Shown in pieces: positions 50,096 through 64,000 of a stretch of DNA of 64,000 nt (within the stretch, counting starts at the first letter, position 1; every line of letters starts with the position of its first letter). The translations under genes and the position numbers were made by a program. The notes beneath the pieces are model-generated. The model searched no databases. It worked only from the letters and a program-made list of their open reading frames with translations, and was not told where the DNA came from. This stretch comes from Camelus ferus (taxonomy: Eukaryota), in NCBI RefSeq assembly GCF_009834535.1, contig NC_045696.1:109618001-109682000 (forward strand). The letters run 5' to 3'.

Positions 50096-53000
50096 CTGGG
50101 TACAGAAAAGGTGGGTCAGCGACAGCTTTGATCAAGGCACCCTCAGGGCAGGGATGTGACCAACACACTGGCATGTGGAGGGCCTGGACCCAGTAGCCAG
50201 CAGAGGTTACAGTGATGTGGAGAGGCAGAGATTTGCCAGGAATTCCCAGCAACCATGCCTTCCAATCTGCCCACCTAGCTGGGGAGAGTGAGCCACATTC
50301 TGTGGATGATGTTCAAAAAGATCTTCATTTCTACTAAATCCCAAAGCATTTGGACCTCATGCTCCAGCATAGGAAGACTGTGACCCTCTAAGCAGGTTGA
50401 CAATCTCTGTGCTATACCATCAGGCACTAGCAAGCAAAAGAACTCTCCCCAGATGCCCCTTTGGAAGGTGGATCAGTGTTTGAAACCGGGCTCCTTTATA
50501 CTAGCTCTGCGTGCAATGCACGCATGCCCCTGTGTGTACAGGTCCATATTCCTGTTCTCAGCCCTCTGCTTCATTGTTTCTGTATTCTCTCTAAAAAAGA
50601 GAATCTCACCCATTCTCAGGGTTTAAGCTCCTTCCTCCTGAGGCAATTCTCAAATAAGTTTTCCCAATTCGTGCTTCTCTTCTAAAATGCAGGATTGTGG
50701 TCTTTTTCTTAATTTAGTTTTTATTTAATTTTTTCATTTACTTGAGCAACTAATACATGAATTAGCTATCACAAAATTTTAAACTTATTTATATACAAGG
50801 TAAAAAACACCCCTTTTTCTATACTCTCAAGTGGACACTTTCGGTTTGAATAGAAAACTCCAAACTCTCTCCCCACCAGCAATTGCACACATCTTTTGCT
50901 CACCTTCTAATATTTCTCCTTTCCTTTCTTACTAGTCCCTCTACCTCAACACCTTCCAATGAAATCCAGCCTGATTCTCTCCAAACCCATTCTATTCTAC
51001 TTAGCAATTTAAGCATTTATTCAATACTATGTTCTCAGCCCTCTGCAAGACACAGTCTTATTGGAGGTGAAATAGCACGCATACCAAGAGGAAAAAATGC
51101 AGGGCACAGATCATAACATTTTATATTTTTTATTTGTGACACACTCTAAATGCTATGGGAGCTGGGGAGTGAGCCCAATGAGAGCACGTTAACCTGGGAA
51201 AGGTAGCTGGAGAAGGCAAGGTTTCAGGTGTGTCCTGTAACATGCATAGGGTTGAGAGGAGAAAGGAATGCTTTTCTGTGGGAGAATGGCGGGTTCTAGC
51301 AAGATGCAGGGACCAGTAGGTGCCTGGTATTTCTAATGGGTGGGAGAGAGCAGCCCACTGGGACAGAGTCTTGGGCAGCTGGGCTGAACACGCCCAGGCC
51401 CCGCACGCCCTGAGTGTGGGATGGAGTATAGCATTTAGGTGGGAAGCAAAGTGGATCTTTGGGGACTTATGAATGGAAATCAGTGTTAATGCATCAGCCT
51501 GAAATAGGATAATTAGGAAAAATAAGAAGGGAAATGATTCAGTCTGGGTTAAGAGCAGTGGGCATCTGGAAGGGCATGATAAAAAATGTTCTTTCCAATA
51601 ACAATAATGCTTGTTTATTGTGGCTTATTTGTAAAATGCTATAGTTGAAGGAAGAAAACTTTGAAACCCTTATAATCCCACAGCATTCACTTTCAACATT
51701 GGTGCCTTTCTTCTGGTCTCTTTTCTAGACCCTCGTATAATATGCAGACACATATCTACGTAATTAGATCATACAGTCCACATGCCTTTGTATCCTGACT
51801 CTTCCATATCACAACATACCATAGGATTTAATGAAGACATATTCTGAAGAAACAAAAACATACTAACTGTGAGACTAATCTAGGCTTGACTGGCAGGGCG
51901 TATATTGAAGCCCTTCCATAGGAGCAGAGGCTGTGTGAAGAGGACTGGGTTTTGAGAGAAGGGTGAGGAGTTTGGATTCCTACAAGTTGAGGTTGCAATG
52001 CCAGTGTACTTTGTACATAAAAATGATCCCAGGGGCAAATAGAGATCCTATTCAGAAGGGTACAAGAAGAAATCAGGGGGTGGCAAAGAACCAGTCTGGG
52101 GTAACACTCAGGTAGCCCGAAAAAGGACAGCCCTTAAAGGAAAAGGCAAAAATAACAGGAGGGAAGAAAGAAAAATTAGCCAAACCAATATTCCTTCAAG
52201 TGTGTACTTAGCAACTTCTGTGTACCACATACTGTGGCTGGTGATGGAATATAAGAGGAGGGGAAAAGGACTCCAAGCGTCCCTGTAGCCAGTTTATTAC
52301 AGAAGGTGATGAATTCGACATTAAAAGCAGTGTGGACAGAGGATTCTGTTGTGGGATGGGGTGTGCCATCTGGGAAGGCTTCTTGGAGGAGTTGGTCCTG
52401 CAGTAGTTCATTCGAAATGAGGTTGGGTAAAGGGCATGAGGAAGGGAGGGAAGTAATAACCACCTGGACTCTAGGGGGTGCTATAAGCAGCTAGTGATAC
52501 AGAGTGGACAGATGGGAATGCTCATTCTTACCAACATTTCAAAAAGTTTTTGTCGTGTTTGTTAATGTCATAGCCATCTAATATTCACATATTCACCCGC
52601 TAGTTTAGTACCCACTGAAGGTCCTTGCTTGAATCAGTTATTACTATATTGGTTGCCAAATAGTAGTTGTTTTAGCTTCATAATTATTTCTACATCTAGA
52701 ATTAGCATTCTGTCATAAGGAAGATCTTTCCCTTCATACTCATTTGTTTAATCAGGATGGACTCATGTGTTCTTATTTTATTCAATGGGTTATTCTTTCT
52801 TACAACTATTTCTTTTAATGCTCAAAATGTCCCAGATTTGGTCAGTGGAGGGCCTTTAGAATGGTCCTGTGCTCTGACATGTCCCATCTCTCTGAGCGCT
52901 TCAGCATCATGTTCTGGGTTCACTGTATACTTTTCCTGCCCCTGTCCCAGAATCAGCTTTTTTCCAGGGGTCCCTGGTTCCTTCTATTGGAGAATGGTTC

Positions 53001-53523
53001 TAGAAGCCAAGGTCTTAGGTGCTCATTCCTACAGGGGTGCCACTGTCTGTGTGTTTTTTTTTTCAGTGGACCTGTAGTATATTTAAATATATATTGGGCC
53101 TGGAAATACAGACAATAGTTATAAAGGACCTTTGGGGGATAATTCACAAAATTTGAATAGGGACTATGGACATGACGAGTATTTAATCCATGTTAGTATA
53201 AATTTCCTATCGTGGTCATTGTGATGTGGGTATGTAAGAGAAAGCCCTCATTCTTAGGAAATGTGCCCTGAAGTATTTAGGGGAAAGGAGGCACAGGGCC
53301 TGCACCTGTGGGAAGGCTCCTGGGAGGGGAGTCAGAGCCACTGGGAACCCCATGGTTCTTGCCACTCTGCCTTCCCAGGAGAACGCTTTTCTCCTCACTG
53401 AACAGACAGATTGAGAATCAGAGCTCTGGACCCTGACAAAGTCCATAACACTTCCACAAAGTCATCTTGAACACAAGCGAACCAGTGACCCTGATTTACG
53501 GGAACAAAGGGTTGTGCACGTAC

Positions 53524-53588
53524 CATCTGTGTTCTGCATGACAGTCTGGTCCTTCACAAAGGCCACGTCTCCCTTCTCAACCAGACAC
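53524..53588 (-). CDS. TF: TF exon 14 (CLVEKGDVAFVKDQTVMQNTD)
   Basis: AG at 53590-53589, GTACGT at 53523; 65 nt. Confidence 0.96.
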
Positions 53589-54292
53589 CTGCAGGGTCCC
53601 AGACAGGGAGAGAGAAGAAAAGAGGTCAGAGACACCTCTGTCATTCAGGAAGGTCACCTTATAGAACCAGCACTGGCCATCTGGTAGCAACTGTGACTCC
53701 CACTTTATCACTAATTCTTACATATTATGGATGTAAGTAACAAAGAAAAAGGAAACAACACCTCTAGTAGGCTTTGCAGTTATACAGTCTCAGTTCTACA
53801 CACTAAATTCTAAATTCTGGCACAGTTTCTCCAACAGAGCTGCATCCATTTCCTTGCATCAGCACAGACATTAGGAGGGCAGTCTTCCAGCAAGGTGATT
53901 CCTTATTCACAGTCTACTTGCAAAATTGGAAACTTGTGGACTGTGAATTGTATTTACTCTAACTCACAAGGTGGTTCTAACTGGAAAATTGGGGTAATCT
54001 TTGCTTTTTCCTTCCCTAGTGAGAAGTTTGGTTATAATACCACCATCATCGTGAAGTTGATGGATTCATGAACTGCTACGTGACACAGGCCTGAGTCAGA
54101 AAGGGTAGGTAAAAAGTAATACGGTCATAAGGTGCACTGGTGTCTCTTTAAAAAATGATAAAGACTCCATGAGACAGAGGTGCTACTCAGAATGTAAAAA
54201 TCACGTACTTTATTTTTGCATATTTCCGTGGTTCCCCCAGAGGTGCACAGAAGAGCATGAGTCCGACGGTTGACTCCTATGTTTGTTCAACT

Positions 54293-54493
54293 ACAGTAAG
54301 GTTTCCTCACTTTGGCACTTAGTGACATTTGGGGCCAGATAATTCTTTATTGTAGGGTGCTGTCCTTTGCATGCAGAATGTTGAGCCGCCTTTACTAATT
54401 AGATGCCAGTATCACCCCCAACCCTATTGATAAAAACATCTCCAGGCACTGCCAAATGTCCCCTGAGGGACCAATCGCCCCCTGTTGGGAACT
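54293..54493. mobile_element. MER20-like hAT MITE
   Basis: 'tgacatttggggccagataattctttattgtaggg...ctccaggcactgccaaatgtcccctg' matches the MER20 pattern as I recall it. Confidence 0.7.
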
Positions 54494-54728
54494 TCTCATC
54501 TGCACCATATTGCCACTCTTTGCTGTCTATGACCGACAGGTCCAGAGACAGTGTCCTGAGGGACCTGGATGCCACTTCACACAGGTCTCTACACACGTCT
54601 GTAAATGTGGCACCATAACAGGAAGGACTAACAGGCTGGGAACGTAAGAATCTCACCTGAGTTCCTCAAAAGGAATCTTGTCAGGGCTGAGGTTATTATT
54701 ATATTTGCATGAAGGTTATAAGACTCAC

Positions 54729-54873
54729 CTGAAAGCCCCTGTATAGCCGTAGTATCGCTCATGGTTGTTGGGAAGACACTCCTTTCCCGGAGACGTTTCG
54801 GAGCCGATACACAGAGCACAGAGGCTGGAGTTTTTCTGAGACCCAGGGGCACAGCCTGAACTGAAAAATTTAT
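54729..54873 (-). CDS. TF: TF exon 13 ([24 protein letters not shown]...[14 protein letters not shown])
   Basis: YYGYTGAFR Tyr-ligand motif; AG at 54875-54874, GTGAGT at 54728; 145 nt. Confidence 0.96.
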
Positions 54874-55869
54874 CTGTGCAGGAGAATGAGATGGAGTCAG
54901 CTCTTCCTGACTCAATAGGAGTGGCCTTTTTTTTTTTTTTTTTTTAACACATCACAGGTGGGTATGGCCCAGGATAGGTAGAACATACTTATCCTGTGAC
55001 CTGCCACCAACTCAGGACCTGCCAGTCTGTAGGCTTTAAAAGGAAACTTGATTGAGATTGGGAATGGTTAGTGACCATCACAGTTCAGGGGGCGGGGATC
55101 CCACGGGCCTCCCAATAGTCTCGTCACTTGTCTAAAGAGAGAAGTGATGGAAATGAGATGGAAGACGACCTGCAAAGGGTAAAATTGGAGGTCTCGCTCC
55201 CTGAGCTTGTGCCGCTTGCTTTCAGGCGTTTCTTCCCTCTGCTGTTTATTAGAAGAGTCTTTAACAGGACTTAGAACTCCAAGTGCAAGAAAGTGCTGAG
55301 GGATTTTACTCCCAGTTCACCGGCTCTCCCGTGGCTGAATAACTGCCGGGAAGCTCAGGAGAGCAGAGCGGGTGCCCTTGCGGGTGGGCCACAGAACTGC
55401 TGAATGTCGACCCAGCCACACTGTACTTCCTGGCAAACTGATGTCGCAGAACACATCAGTATAGAAGTGCGGTCTCATCTCCAAATCCCTCCCCTCCACC
55501 AGCACACACACGGGACTTCCCTGGTGCGTAGCGGTCTTTAGAGGCCTCTCCTTTTAAAGTAGCTCAGGAAGTTAAAGTGCATAAGAACCATAAGAAAACA
55601 TGTCCATAGTGAACTTACATGCAGATTTTTAGGGGGTAGAACTAAGCTCATAACTGAAGATAATCAGAGGACACACAATAAACTGATTTCCATGCCTTTG
55701 AAGGGGCCTAGTTGCTGAGCAGTCATTCGGTGAGACTGCCAAGATCTTAAAGAGACCCCAGGATCCCTCCCACCACCTAGAAAGTCTCGTAGCAAGGCTT
55801 GTAGCTGTCCAGCCAGGGTTTCTTAGTAACAAAGATCAAGTTGGTTTTTGCCTTTTTGTTCTTCCATTA

Positions 55870-56910
55870 ATTTTTTACTAGAGATATAATTGACATGTAA
55901 CATTATATTAGTTTCAGGTGTACAACATGATTCGCTATTGCAAATATATTGTGAAATGATCACCACAATAGGTGTAGTTAACATACATCACCTTACAGAG
56001 TTAAAAATTTTTTTTTCTTGTGGCTAGGACTTCCAAAATTAGGTTGAATAAAAGTGGCAAAAGCGGGCATCCTTGTCTTGTTCCTGATCGTAGAGGAAAT
56101 GCTTTCAGCTTTTCACTGTTGGATACGTTAGCTGTGGGTCTGTCATATGTGGCCCTTATTATGTCGAGGTGTGTTCCTCTGTACTCAGTTTCTGCAGGGG
56201 TTTTTATCATAAATGGATGTTGAATTTTACTGAAAGCTTTTTTCCTGCATTTATTGAGATGATCACTTGATTTTATTCTTCATTTTGTTAATGTGATGTA
56301 TCACATAAAAAATTGTTTTCTTGTGATGAGAGCTTTTAAGACCTACTCTCTTAGCAACTTTCAAAAATGCAGTATGGCATAATTAACTATAGTCACCATG
56401 CTGTACATTACATCTTCATGACTTACTTATTCTATAACTGAAGCTCATACCTTTTGAGCACCTTCACCCACTTTGCCCACCCCCAACTCATGCCTCTGGC
56501 AACTACCAATGTGCTCTCTGTGTCTATGAGCTCAGGTTGTTTGAGTTTGTTGTTTGTTTGTTTAGATTCCACATATAAATGAGAACATACAGTATTTGTC
56601 TTTCTCTGTCTGACTTATTTCGCTTAGCATAGTGCCTTCAAGGTCCATCCACTTGCCATTGTTGCAAGTGGCAAGGTTTCTTTCTTTTTTATGGCTCAAT
56701 AATATTCTATTGTATGTATATATAAACCACAATTTATCCATTCATTCATGATGGGCACTTAGGTTCTTTCTGTATCACAGCTATTATAAATAATGCTGCA
56801 GTGAAGATGTGGGTGCATATATCTTTTCAAGTTAGTATTTTTGTTTTCTTCCAATAAATACCGAGAAGTGAAATTGTTGGATCATATGGTAATTCTATTT
56901 TTAACTTTTT
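55870..56910 (-). mobile_element. L1 3' UTR fragment containing an embedded L1 ORF2 reverse-transcriptase segment (~56023-56306)
   Basis: ORF 56001-56210 has [17 protein letters not shown] (L1 RT); L1 3' UTR sequence on both sides. Confidence 0.85.
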
Positions 56911-56924
56911 GATCAAAAATCTAG

Positions 56925-57310
56925 TTTTATTTGGGGCAGAAACATGCCCAAATAAAAGATGACATTTCCCAGCCTCTTTTACATCTAAATGTGACTATAT
57001 ATCCCATTTGGGGGCAGTGAGAAGTTAGCTGAAGTAATTGGGTTTGAGTTCCTGAATGGCTGCTTTAATAAGGTGGCATATACTTCAAGTGCCCTTCCTC
57101 CTTGTTCCTTGAGGTTGCCTGTCATGAATGTAATGGCAACCATGGGTGACCTTGAAGACAGAGGCATCATGCTCAGAATGGTGGAGAAGGAAGAGAAAGG
57201 AGCCTGGGTTTCTAATGACAGTATCAGCCAGGAACTGCTCATCTCTGGTCTTTTGTATGAGAGAGAGAGAAGTAGATGTATATTGACTTAAGTTGTTGCA
57301 TGCAACTGAG
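56925..57310. mobile_element. MaLR (MLT1J-like) LTR
   Basis: 'acatttcccagcctc...aaggagcctgggtttctaatga...tgtatgagagagaga' pattern; borders approximate. Confidence 0.5.
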
Positions 57311-57484
57311 AAGAACCATTCCGATCCAGCTCCTCAGCCCTACCATTACTTTTAGATATTTCCTTGAAGTTCACTAAACCAACTGTATTACCATAGAACC
57401 AGGGCCACAGCATTTTGTACCGTACCGCACTCTTCCCTGAAATCTTTCCACCTGGTCCTGACCACAGTGCCCTCTCAGAGCTCA

Positions 57485-57745
<261 letters not shown>

Positions 57746-59004
57746 TTATCCCAAATCATTCCTTCTCTCTTTGAAAGGGTCTTCCCAACAACTGACTGAG
57801 GGGAATTACAAGTCATTCCAGGAGGTGGAGATGAATCTGAACTGGAAAAACACAATAGTAAGAATACATTATCATCAGAGCATTGGCTGGTGTATAGCCC
57901 TTCCCCAAATGCATGAAGCTACTGACCTTATAAACCAGCAACTCACCCTCCACTGTGGAGCAGCAGAGGAATGGATACTCAAGAGTACTTTCTATGCATT
58001 AACAATTGTTAGGAAAGAGTAGTAAATGAGCGATAAACTGTAAGGATATTCTGGCCAGATGTTTTGTGCTAAGGAGAATATAAGTTTACACCAGAATAAA
58101 TATGCTAAGTGAAACCTGTCAAAGTCAAGTTAGCTGCCATCTTTAACAGCAAATACATGCTGGTCTTTAAAACTGGGAATAGAAAGAATGTCAACTCATG
58201 ATTTCAGTTTTCCAATTTAATTAATTCAGGAAATTGTTTCCAACAGAAAAGATGCAAGTTTTATTGTCCATGGAATAAGAATGGTTCTAGTTTTAACTAA
58301 AGAGCTTGGTTCCTAGTGTGCTGGAGAGAGGCTGGGAGGTTGTAGCTGGGAAAAGTGATGAGGACAGACTTGCACACAAATGGCTGGAAATGACCGGCAG
58401 GGACTTGAGCATGGGCCCCAGGGCCCACCTTGATAAGATTTCCTGTCTTGCTCCTGCCACACCTACCAGATCTACCCCTAGCCAGAGCCCTGGGTGAGAG
58501 CCGGGTTGGCCTGGGTTCCTGGGCCTTCCGCCTGGCTGGGAGGCTGGGCAATTTCATGCCCCTAAACATCTGCCTGTGTGAGCCACTCTCGTCAGCCCTG
58601 CCAGGCACATATAAGCAAGGCTCCTTGGCTGGTGCTAACTCTCAGCTAAAACTTTGCAGGCCTCATGCAATGTGAGACAGTCGGGAGTGGTGGGGAGGGC
58701 CTGAATTTGCTTGCTGGATGTCGGAGTCTAGATAGCTTGTAATCTCTCTGAGCTGTTGGTCCTCTTATGCATTCTTAGAGGATACAAGAGCTACCTTATA
58801 GGATTAAATGAGAAATCCTGTGTGCAAGTCATGGGAAGTGTAGAAGAGCAATCCTCATTGCTAGTTACCCTTCTCCCATGATTCTTTTGCATTCTGAAAA
58901 TTGGCTTCTTATGTACTTTTGATTTAAATGTAAACTTCTCTTACCCTTTCCCAAAAGCAATGGGAATTTTTCTTAAACTCATGAGGTTACCAACCCCAAC
59001 TCAC

Positions 59005-59043
59005 CTTTCTCTGGTGTGCTTTTACAAGCTTCGCCAGAAGTGT
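59005..59043 (-). CDS. TF: TF exon 11 (YTSGEACKSTPEK), short exon
   Basis: Strong polypyrimidine tract + AG at 59045-59044, GTGAGT at 59004; 39 nt, phase 1/1 links exons 10 and 12. Confidence 0.9.
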
Positions 59044-59629
59044 CTGGAGAGGAGAAAAGGAAGAAGTCATTAAACACTCATTTGTAGATTGGAAATCGTC
59101 TTTCCCATGTGCAGTTGAGAATAAACAGAGCCAGGAGAACTATCTACATAACAGCAGTTCCCAAAAGGTCCAGGCTGTCTTTTTCAAGTTCACTTTAGCT
59201 TATTGGAATTAGCCCCAAATTGCACATTTCAAGTTTTTTGCTCTATCTGTCCCATGGCCACAGAGATCCCTGCTGACTATACTTGAATCCATGCACCAGG
59301 GCAACATGAGATGTATGAGTTTGGGAAGCAAGAAGACCTGCCAGGAATCCCAGCTGAGAATCCAGCTGTCCTCGGAATAGGGGTCACTTTTAGCTAGAAC
59401 TTCCTGGTGCAAAGCCTCCAGCTCCCTTGTGGAAGGTACAGTAGAAGAGACCATCCCTCAAGATACTTGTGGGGACTAGCCGTGAGGGAGCCCAGAGCCT
59501 AGGAAGTGGGAGATGCTCAGTCAGCAAGAGCTTTATGGCCCATGTGGTATGAATCTGGCTGTGATTTTCCATCTCCTCTCTCCATGGCCCAGAGGCAATG
59601 AAACTCTGAGATGCGCCCCCTCCACGTAC

Positions 59630-59720
59630 AGTAGTTCTCCGCCAGGACAGGCACCAGACCACATTTGCCCGCTATGTAGACAAAGCCTCCATCCAAGGTC
59701 ATGGCATCAGCTTCTCCTTT
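59630..59720 (-). CDS. TF: TF exon 10 ([30 protein letters not shown])
   Basis: Asp ligand LDGG; AG at 59722-59721; donor GTACGT at 59629 chosen for phase compatibility; 91 nt. Confidence 0.93.
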
Positions 59721-61033
59721 CTGCAAAGACACAGCACATCACAGCAGGTGAAGAGAGACCAGCTTCTGTCCCACATGCCCTGCCAACTGTTTCCTTGAAG
59801 CCACCTTGGCCAACACTGGATGTGAAGGCCCTGGGAGACAGAAGGTGCTAGTACCGGACCCCCGAAGGATCAGTCAGGCACCTCCAACATAGAAAATAAA
59901 AGGTACTCTCATTTTCATCCAAACCATGATGAACTAATGATCAACTCTGGGTGCTTAGTTTCTTCAGGAGCAAAGACCACATTTAGTCCCCCTGTCCTCT
60001 CATAGGACGCACTGTCCCAGAGACTCTCACAACACCTTTGTGACACCAAGAATTCTCATTTGTAAGGCAGATGCGTGGAGTCACGGACTCTGAGCTGTGT
60101 CTGCAGTATAGAGTGCCTCCTGATGGGGGCTCCAGCCCCGAATCTTGGCCACATTGGCTGAGTGCTTTTACAGAGCTTGGTCAATACAAGATCTTCAATG
60201 AATGAGTCAAATAAACTTATATGATTTAATAGAGCTAATAAGCCCCAAATTTCAGAGATGCTTAAATTCAGCAAGACTGCCAAGCTTCCCATTGGGCCTG
60301 AAAATACACTTTTGAGGAAATGTGGCAAACTGTTCGAGCAAAATGTGTTAAGTGGGCAAAAACATGCAAGTATGATTCATAATAGCAAAAAGATGGGACC
60401 AAACTTGATGCTCAATAGCAAGGAAATGACTCAACAATTTACAGCACATTCATACTCTGAAATAGATGTCAACATTAAGACATTGTATTTTCAAAGAATG
60501 GTTTGTGATAAGAGAAAAGCTCCCTAGGTAACATTAGGTGAGAAAAGGGTAGTAAGTTGTATATGATGTGATCCTCCTGTTAACAGGATCTCCTCTGATA
60601 AGACGGTCATGATTCATTTTTATGTATTTTCTTCTTTATGCCCTTCAGTTATCTAAAAGCAAACATGGAATGCTCTTGTGAACAACAAAGCTAAACTTCT
60701 ACCTGCTTGCACAGTAACACGACTCTGTCACCCTTGTCACAGCCCACGGTGGGTCTCGGCACACCCACACTGAGGTCCACCCTCCCTAAGCAGACATGCC
60801 TCAGATTGCCCTCTAACAGGGTTGTAACACCAGGAGGAAACAGAGCCTTAAGGAGCCCTTCAGATCCACCAGCTCAAAGGTCCTGAAGCTCCCGTGGGGC
60901 TGGGCACCCACAGTGAAGGCAATGTTCCTAGGAACCTGGCCTTTCGTATCATTCCCAGGAACACTCACTCAGCCTTGGGACAGGCAGGCAGCAGTGGCAA
61001 GGATGCTGCCCTGCGGAGGCAGGAGAGACGTAC

Positions 61034-61188
61034 CATGATCTTGGCAATGCAATCTTCAGTGGTCTCTTCTGACTCACACTCTATATGCCCGCTACTGCTC
61101 ACGCTCCATGCGTCACACTTGTTCCTCTCCATGTGACCCACTGCACACCATTTCACTTTCTTGCACCCATCCTTTGAGGTGTCCGGGA
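61034..61188 (-). CDS. TF: TF exon 9 ([51 protein letters not shown]), interlobe linker and C-lobe start
   Basis: AG at 61190-61189, GTACGT at 61033; 155 nt. Confidence 0.96.
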
Positions 61189-62413
61189 CTAGAACATAAG
61201 GAAGAGAATCAGAGACGAGACCCCTCAGATATTGCCTGCTGGGCAGTATGAAGCTAACTGTCCTCATGAAAATGTTAGAATTTTTTTGGCAAAACAAACA
61301 GATCCCACTCAAGGAATTCATCTCTTAGAATCAAAGGCAATAACGGTTTCTTGGTTGGTTTCTTATCATTTTAAGTTAGCTTAAAGTTATTTTTTTCCAG
61401 CAGCCAGTACTCCTTCCAGCCCCGAGGCACTCGATCACTTCAGGCTGTTTTTTCCCCCTCTTCTTTTAGAAATAGCATTTAACCATCTGAGCCGTTGTTA
61501 TATTTTTAGTCACTGTTTACTGTCTGTTCCCTGCAGGAGAACATGAGTGTGGCAGGGCAAGGGCCATGCCTGTCTTGTTCTCCATGGGCCGCTTGATGTT
61601 CGGGGCAGTGCCTGATTCATGGTCAGTGCAGTAAACATCTGCTGAATACATGGGCACCCACCCAACTTTTAGACTCAGCTCAAGAGACTTCTTCAGGGGA
61701 GCCTCACCTCAATTCCAGGATCTGTTTTCCTTTGTTTTGCACTCTTATAAAGCCATAATATTTTATTCTGTTTTTTTTTTTTCTGCTGAGGAAATCTCTC
61801 ATATTTAATTGATCATTCAACAGAGTGACTATTCCTTGAACATCTGTCTTCCCTGCTGGTCTGAAAGTTCCATGACAGCAGAATCTAACAGATCTTGGTC
61901 TCATCATTGTATGCTCAGCACGTAGCACAGTGTATGGCTAGATGGTCAATAAATGTCTGTTGAATGAATGTTCAAATTCACCCCCAATTACTTAAAAAAT
62001 TCAGGAGTAGGATTGACCTGTCTAAAGCTCCAGCTTCACCATGGCACATATTGACCATAATACTGGCTGCAGACGTGCAAGTTTGTAGCAGTTTCATCCT
62101 ATTTGACTTACTTTGTGCCAGGTTAATTGGCTTCTCAAGGTAGGATAGGGTGGCCCTGATTTATACGAGGGAAAGTGCTGGTATCAATTCAAGTCATTTT
62201 AAGCATGAATTTCCCTTAATGCCCTCTGGTGCTGTCCAGGCCCATCTCATGATGACTAACGCCATTCAGCATCCATCTAACACTGGGCTGCACAGGCAAG
62301 GCAGATAAAGGATCATCGGGACAGGCATTCAGGACCTGGAAAGAGTATCGCTGGTCCCCACCCTTACCAGATTCCAAGCTCCTAGGGTCACATGATCCTT
62401 CCCAAATACTTAC

Positions 62414-62591
62414 GTGTTTCTCCTCTTAGATTACGAATAGCAGTGACATATTCATATCCAAGGTACAGCTGGGAGTCCATCTTAGGGGGGATCTTTAAGA
62501 ACCCATTGGCAGAGTCCTTAAACAGCAGGTCCTTTCCATGAGGGGAGCTGAAGAGCTGGAATTCCGTAGATTTATCTTTGCCAAAATGTTG
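62414..62591 (-). CDS. TF: TF exon 8 ([59 protein letters not shown])
   Basis: AG at 62593-62592, GTAAGT at 62413; 178 nt. Confidence 0.96.
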
Positions 62592-63312
62592 CTGTTTGTA
62601 ATAAAACACAGAACCAAATGACTACAGCAACATGGGAGGCCGCAATATGGCACTGAAGAAAATTTAAAAACCCAGGAAACCAAATGAAAACCGTGAAATT
62701 TTCAAAATGCCAGGAGAGAGAGCAGCTGGACCTGCTCTTTCCCACCCAGCACCTTCTCCATTCACAGCCCTCTTGAGCCACGTTAACACCTGATTTCCCT
62801 GAATGTGTTTCTGTGCTTGTCTCCCTGGCTGGATGAGAGCTCACTGAGCACAAGAAATGCATCTCCTTCGGAGGCTGACACCGTGTGGTTGCCACTTAGA
62901 CCTCTGATGGGCAGATGGGAGGGCAGGGCGCGAGAAGGTCGGCTCAGCTCTGGCGTTCTGCTGCTCTAGAGGAGGAGAGCTGGCTGTGTGTGTTACTCCC
63001 TTGCAGTCAGGCTGAGGGACGTGGGAAGAGAGATCATTTCACTTCCATCGGGAGAGAAACGGAATAGAGCAATAAGGAGCATCTTCATGTCACTAGTCCA
63101 AAACGTAAGGGTCTGGCAGACCAGGCCGTAGGACCAGGCTCTGTGCAGCTCTGAGAGGAGGCCCTGCCGGGTGCTTTCATACAAGCAGGTGGTGTTCACT
63201 TCTATGTCCTGAACACAGAAGGACTTCTACAGTGGCAAGAAGGGAGTGAAGGAAGATGCTCCTAATCCAAGCAGGGTCTGCTAAGCAGGAAAGAGGACAG
63301 TGGATTCAATAC

Positions 63313-63491
63313 CTGGGCCTGGTTGAGAAGCTCCCAGATCAAGTCCTCCTTGCCGCCCACGCTGCGGGCCACGACGGCGTGGGAAGGGACCTGCGCCAGG
63401 TGGCACTCCTTGTATTCGTCCACAGGCTTCCGGGTGTTGTCCCTGCAGAGCAGCTCATACTGGTCCCTGTCAGCCTTGTTAGCCAGGTTCT
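63313..63491 (-). CDS. TF: TF exon 7 ([60 protein letters not shown]); exons 1-6 lie beyond the window end
   Basis: N-lobe His ligand VPSH; AG at 63493-63492, GTATTG at 63312; 179 nt. Confidence 0.97.
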
Positions 63492-64000
63492 CTGGGGGAC
63501 AGAAGCCCAGATGAGCTGACTGCAGGCAGAGCCATGAGCCCTTGTACCCTCCTCTCCCTTGCAACCCCACTGAATCCTAAACTGTGTGAGCTAAGAAGCC
63601 TTGAGTGAACACTGAGGGCCAGAAGGAAACTGACTTGCCAAAGATCCCACAGCCAGTTATAGGCCAAGAAGCTTCTGATGTGTTCAGGGTGACTGCCTAT
63701 ACCCCACAATAGGTTTCATCTCGGCAGGCTTACTACAGGCCAAGGTCAGCCAGACCTGCCCCCAACCCTTTGCTATTGCAACACTGACCAGGAGGAAGGA
63801 TCCCTGTGTCCAGGAGGTTGAATGATGGAAAGAGGCCCAGGAGTCCACGGGAGCACCCCACAGGCACACACCTCTGCACAGGTAAACACCCCAGCAGTGA
63901 TAAAGGTGGAGCACACTATGCTCATCTCTGACTACTGAACATTGAAAAGGAGGCAGAAAGAAAAGGAGGGCCCTCTGCTTGGGGGGGAACTCCAAATTCT

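Noticed and set aside
59624..59629. Alternative GT donor 4 nt further on for TF exon 10 (GTGGAG)
   Set aside because: It gives phase 2 and frameshifts exon 11; only GTACGT at 59629 keeps the frame.

Overview
Mammalian genomic DNA, most likely a camelid judging from the tRNA-derived SINE family (inference). It covers the conserved RAB6B - SRPRB - TF block. Left: the last 6 coding exons (3-8) and long 3' UTR of RAB6B on the + strand. Middle: the complete 7-exon SRPRB gene on the - strand (816 nt, 271 aa), convergent with RAB6B, with a CpG-island promoter near 40.0 kb. Right: exons 7-17 of serotransferrin TF on the - strand, with all visible iron ligands intact. Exon borders were read from splice sites and phases; exon numbers are by analogy to the human genes. 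Introns and intergenic DNA hold L1 fragments, five tRNA-derived SINEs, a near-full-length Tigger1, MITEs and microsatellites; repeat family names are by recognition, not a database search. I found no evidence for a wholly new gene or biological system. The most notable signals are a U12-type (minor spliceosome) terminal intron in RAB6B containing a (CAG)10(CCG)4 tract, a 61-bp templated insertion with a 15-bp duplication beside SRPRB exon 4, several chimeric or rearranged retroelements, a SINE adding AATAAA hexamers to the SRPRB 3' UTR, a (CG)12 Z-DNA tract, and an Asn-to-His change next to the TF C-lobe iron-binding His.
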